Origin: a bacterium
GTDB taxonomy: Bacteria > UBA10199 > 2-02-FULL-44-16 > JAAZCA01
Length of the DNA: 64,000 bases
Assembly (NCBI GenBank): GCA_963674695.2
Contig: CAXXGI010000003.1
Location: 1,013,064 to 1,077,063 of the forward strand
Reading direction: 5' to 3'
A model generated the notes under the pieces. That model was not told the DNA's origin and searched no databases. It saw only the letters and a program-made list of their open reading frames with translations. This document shows positions 60,897 to 64,000 of this stretch, piece by piece (position 1 is the first letter of the stretch; each line of letters begins with the position of its first letter). A program made the position numbers and the translations under genes.

Positions 60897-62345
60897 TCAA
60901 TTGTTTCGGGAAGTTACGGTAGTTGTCAGGGCAGGACGGCGTTCCAGGCGACGGGCGCGCTCCGTCTGGCTGAAAACAGCCGCGGGCTTGAGCGGCAACG
61001 TGAACTGAAATTCACTGCCACGCCCCTCTTTGCTCGTCAGCCACATACGCCCGCCGTGCAGTTCGACAAGCTTCTTGGAAATGGTCAGCCCTAGCCCCAT
61101 GCCCTCGTGCTCGCGCGTGATCGATCCGTCGGCCTGGCAGAACCCTTCGAAGATCATCTTCTGTTTGTTCTTGGCGATCCCCACACCCGTATCCTTGACC
61201 CGCACCTTGAGCATCTCGCCGCACTTCTCCGCATCGACCGTAATGCGTCCCTGCTTGGTGAACTTGGCCGCATTGCCCAGCAGGTGCCGCATGACCTGCG
61301 TCAGGTATTTCTCATCGCCGTAGACGCGGGGCATGTTGTCCGGCAGGTTGAGCTCCAAGCGTGTATGTTTGGTCAACGGCAGGTTGTCGGCAGCGCGCGC
61401 AGCAAGCCGCTCCATATTGATGCGCTGCACATTGAGCATGAGACAGTTCGACTCGATCTTGGAGATATCGACGAGCGCGGAGACCGTGGACAAGAGCCGC
61501 ACGCCGGAGCGATGGATCATCTCGGCATGCCGAACCTGTTCCTCCGAAACCGTTCCGTCCGCCCCCTCGAGCATGAGCTCGGAGATACCGATGATGCCGG
61601 TCAGCGGCGTGCGCAGTTCGTGCGAAACGTTGGCGAGCATCTCGGTCTTGAAGCGCGAGACCTGCTGCAGTTCGAGATTCTGCCGAACCATCGCCTGATA
61701 GAGATTGGCATTGTGAATGGCCGTTGCAAACTGCACCGCCATGAGCTTGAGCAAATCACGCGTGGCGGAATCGTAGGAACCACTCTCGCGCGAACCGATG
61801 TTGATCACGCCATAGAGCTTATCGCTGACAAAGAGCGGAATGCAGGCCTCCGCATTAAAGCGTACAAAATAGGACAGCCCCTCCGACTTCATGGCCTTGT
61901 GCCCCTTGGTCTGCACCAATTCGCGGCGAGAGATCACCTCGCGATGATTCTCAATCCAGTCCAGGAAGGGACGCACCTCATCGACATTGAAGCTGAAGGG
62001 CTTGAGCCCCTGCGTCGCCTTGATCTGGAAGGTCCCCTTCGCATCGCGAATGATAAGCGAGGCCCCGGAGGCGCCGACGACGCGACAGACCGCCCGCAGG
62101 ATGGCCGGGTAGAGCTCGCGCCGATCCTCGATCGATCCGATCCGCTCCAGATACTTCTGGAAGACGCGCCGATAATCATAGGGGGGTTGGCGGAGCAGAT
62201 ACTGCCGCAGGAGGGGGGCCAGCGTCTGCCACCGCAGGGCGATGCCGCTGGCCAACAGCAGAAAACCGACGATGCCGGCGCTGAGCATCAGCGTCGGCAT
62301 GGCTGCGGCCACAAATTGAGATGAAAGTTGCCCGAGATTCACCAT
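60897..62345 (-). CDS. Membrane-bound GAF-domain sensor histidine kinase
   Basis: TM segments, a GAF-like region, the H-box SHELRTPLTGIIG, and HATPase N/G boxes (LGNAAKFT, DTGVGI, GMGLGLTISK). There is no adjacent response regulator. Confidence 0.9.
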   Translation of the reverse strand: MVNLGQLSSQFVAAAMPTLMLSAGIVGFLLLASGIALRWQTLAPLLRQYLLRQPPYDYRRVFQKYLERIGSIEDRRELYPAILRAVCRVVGASGASLIIRDAKGTFQIKATQGLKPFSFNVDEVRPFLDWIENHREVISRRELVQTKGHKAMKSEGLSYFVRFNAEACIPLFVSDKLYGVINIGSRESGSYDSATRDLLKLMAVQFATAIHNANLYQAMVRQNLELQQVSRFKTEMLANVSHELRTPLTGIIGISELMLEGADGTVSEEQVRHAEMIHRSGVRLLSTVSALVDISKIESNCLMLNVQRINMERLAARAADNLPLTKHTRLELNLPDNMPRVYGDEKYLTQVMRHLLGNAAKFTKQGRITVDAEKCGEMLKVRVKDTGVGIAKNKQKMIFEGFCQADGSITREHEGMGLGLTISKKLVELHGGRMWLTSKEGRGSEFQFTLPLKPAAVFSQTERARRLERRPALTTTVTSRNN

Positions 62346-62576
62346 TCCCCCCGTCGAACGATAGATCTATTCCGGTATTATATGTATATTTCAAGGGGTT
62401 GGCAATCATTTGTTCACGAACACTTCATGTTTTTTCATGAAATACCTGTTCTGTAGGGAATTCTCACTTGACTCAAAAAAGCGACACACGCATCATGTCA
62501 GCCGAAAAAGCGCCATTGTGAAAGAATATCGAAGGCCTGGCGCTTGTCACCTCTCTCTGATCGAGGACCACCGACC

Positions 62577-64000
62577 ATGATCCGTCTTCGCCCTCTGCGA
62601 CCCCTCATCCGAACCAGCCGAACACACGCAGGATGGGCGCCAAAACGCGTCCTTCTCGCACTCGCGGCGACAACGATCGTAGCCCTCCTGCTGTTGGCGA
62701 GCGGACCCGCCCGCAGCGAGGCGAACCTGCAAAGCCTTACGCTCATCGATCGCACCCTGCGGGCGATCGACCGCCACTATCTCGATCCCGATCGCGTCCA
62801 ACCGGCCAAGATGCTCTCCTCTGCAATCGAGGAGATCGAACAGATGGTGCCGGAAATACTCGTCACCGACAAAGATCAACCACACTTCACCCTGACCGTC
62901 GGACTGGCGTCGAAACGCATCGCGCAGCGCCCGATGCGCACGGTGAGCGATCTCGATCGCGTGCTGCGCGAAACACTCACCTTTATCGGCAAGCAGTATC
63001 ACGGCGATGTTGAATTTGACGACATCGTCTATGCCGGCATCGACGGCATGTTGCGCATGCTTGATCCGCATTCCAATTTCCTCTCCCCCAAGGTGTACAA
63101 AGAATTTCAGGTCGGTACGCGCGGAAAATTTGGCGGTCTCGGCATTGTCGTCACGATCAAAGACGGATGGCTCACCGTCATCGCGCCGCTCGAAAATACA
63201 CCCGCGGAAAACGCGGGCATCAAGGCCGGCGATCGCATCATCCAGATCGGCGATGAATCGACGATCAATATGTCGCTCACCGATGCCGTCAACCGTCTGC
63301 GCGGTGACGTCGATACGAAGATCACCATCACCATCGAACGCGAAGGAAAATCTCCACGGGAGGTGACGCTCACGCGCGCCGTGATCAACATCGAGAGCGT
63401 GCAGCATGCCATCCTTATGCACGAAGACAAACGCATCGGGTACCTCCGGGTGAAGAGCTTTCAGGCCAACACCATCGCCGATGTGCGTACGGCGTTGGCG
63501 GCCTTCCATGCAGAAGGCAAGGCGCTCGACGGAATGGTCCTCGACATGCGCAACAATCCGGGAGGACTGCTCGGCGTCGCGGTGGAGTTGACCAACCACT
63601 TCCTGCGCAAGGGGACGATCGTCAGCACCGTCGGCGCGCACGACCGGCTGCTCGACCGGGACGTCGCCACGGCGCCGGGAACGGAACCGGACTATCCGAT
63701 CGTCGTCCTCATCAATGAAGGGAGCGCCTCAGCCTCCGAGATCGTCGCCGGCGCGCTGCAGGCTGATGATCGCGCCATCATCATGGGAGGGCGCTCCTTC
63801 GGTAAGGGCTCGGTGCAGACGATCTTCGAACTCGGACTCGATGCAGCGCTCAAGCTCACGATCGCTCAATACAAGGCGGCCGGAACCGAGTCGATCCAAC
63901 TCGTCGGCGTAACCCCCGACGTGGAGATCCTGCCCGTCGTCGTCGATGCCAAGAGCATGAACCTCAAACGCGATGTACTGACGAACGAGAGCGACCTCGA
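62577..64000 (+). CDS. ctpA: S41 carboxy-terminal processing peptidase with PDZ domain (3' end beyond window)
   Basis: Hand translation from ATG 62577. It has a TM/signal segment, a PDZ domain (GGLGIVVTIKDGWLTVIAPLENTPAENAGIKAGDRIIQIG) and catalytic blocks RNNPGGLL and GSASASEIVAGALQ..GKGSVQ. It is absent from the ORF track because no stop occurs in the window. The antisense ORF 62547-63641 is shadow. Confidence 0.9.
   Translation, partial: MIRLRPLRPLIRTSRTHAGWAPKRVLLALAATTIVALLLLASGPARSEANLQSLTLIDRTLRAIDRHYLDPDRVQPAKMLSSAIEEIEQMVPEILVTDKDQPHFTLTVGLASKRIAQRPMRTVSDLDRVLRETLTFIGKQYHGDVEFDDIVYAGIDGMLRMLDPHSNFLSPKVYKEFQVGTRGKFGGLGIVVTIKDGWLTVIAPLENTPAENAGIKAGDRIIQIGDESTINMSLTDAVNRLRGDVDTKITITIEREGKSPREVTLTRAVINIESVQHAILMHEDKRIGYLRVKSFQANTIADVRTALAAFHAEGKALDGMVLDMRNNPGGLLGVAVELTNHFLRKGTIVSTVGAHDRLLDRDVATAPGTEPDYPIVVLINEGSASASEIVAGALQADDRAIIMGGRSFGKGSVQTIFELGLDAALKLTIAQYKAAGTESIQLVGVTPDVEILPVVVDAKSMNLKRDVLTNESDL

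Noticed and set aside
62346-62576. TTCATG-T6-CATGAA palindrome and AT-rich stretch between the histidine kinase and ctpA
   Set aside because: It is probably just a divergent promoter region with one short palindrome. That is too little evidence to call a specific operator.

Overview
GC-rich (about 60% by eye, not computed) chromosomal segment from a diderm, probably anaerobic or H2-metabolising bacterium. There is no rRNA in the window and I cannot assign a taxon from sequence alone. I support about 55 protein genes and one tRNA-Leu(CAG). Recognisable blocks, left to right: uvrA; two divergent ApbE-like secreted proteins; two paralogous FG-GAP/Cys-rich lipoproteins; carbamate kinase; PBP1A; cyclophilin; an HDAC-family deacetylase; a four-subunit group 3b (sulfhydrogenase-type) [NiFe]-hydrogenase operon; argR/argG/argH-proB-proA followed by a translationally coupled hydrogenase maturation protease; an apbE-rnfEABCDG operon (minus strand); and a hyp cluster (hypA, hypF, orfX, hypC, hypD ... 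hypE). A lower-GC insertion between hypD and hypE carries a tripartite HipB-HipS-HipT toxin-antitoxin module and an orphan 563-aa HExxH protein. The rest is TPM/LemA genes; two tandem paralogous acidic lipoproteins; deoxynucleoside kinase; etfBA; ahcY; a TolC-like/MlaC-like/alkaline-phosphatase-family operon; a GAF histidine kinase; and a partial S41 C-terminal processing protease. The most unusual property is non-genic. Almost every intergenic spacer, including spacers inside operons, is filled with short tandem word arrays of 7-9 nt units, often as inverted blocks able to form long hairpins. The same words occur as frame-preserving insertions inside hypF and at the 3' ends of several genes. 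Two further palindromic element families and a 200-bp element with perfect 29-bp terminal inverted repeats are also present. No CRISPR array, transposase, integrase or rRNA was seen. All functional calls rest on motif recognition by eye; no database search was possible.
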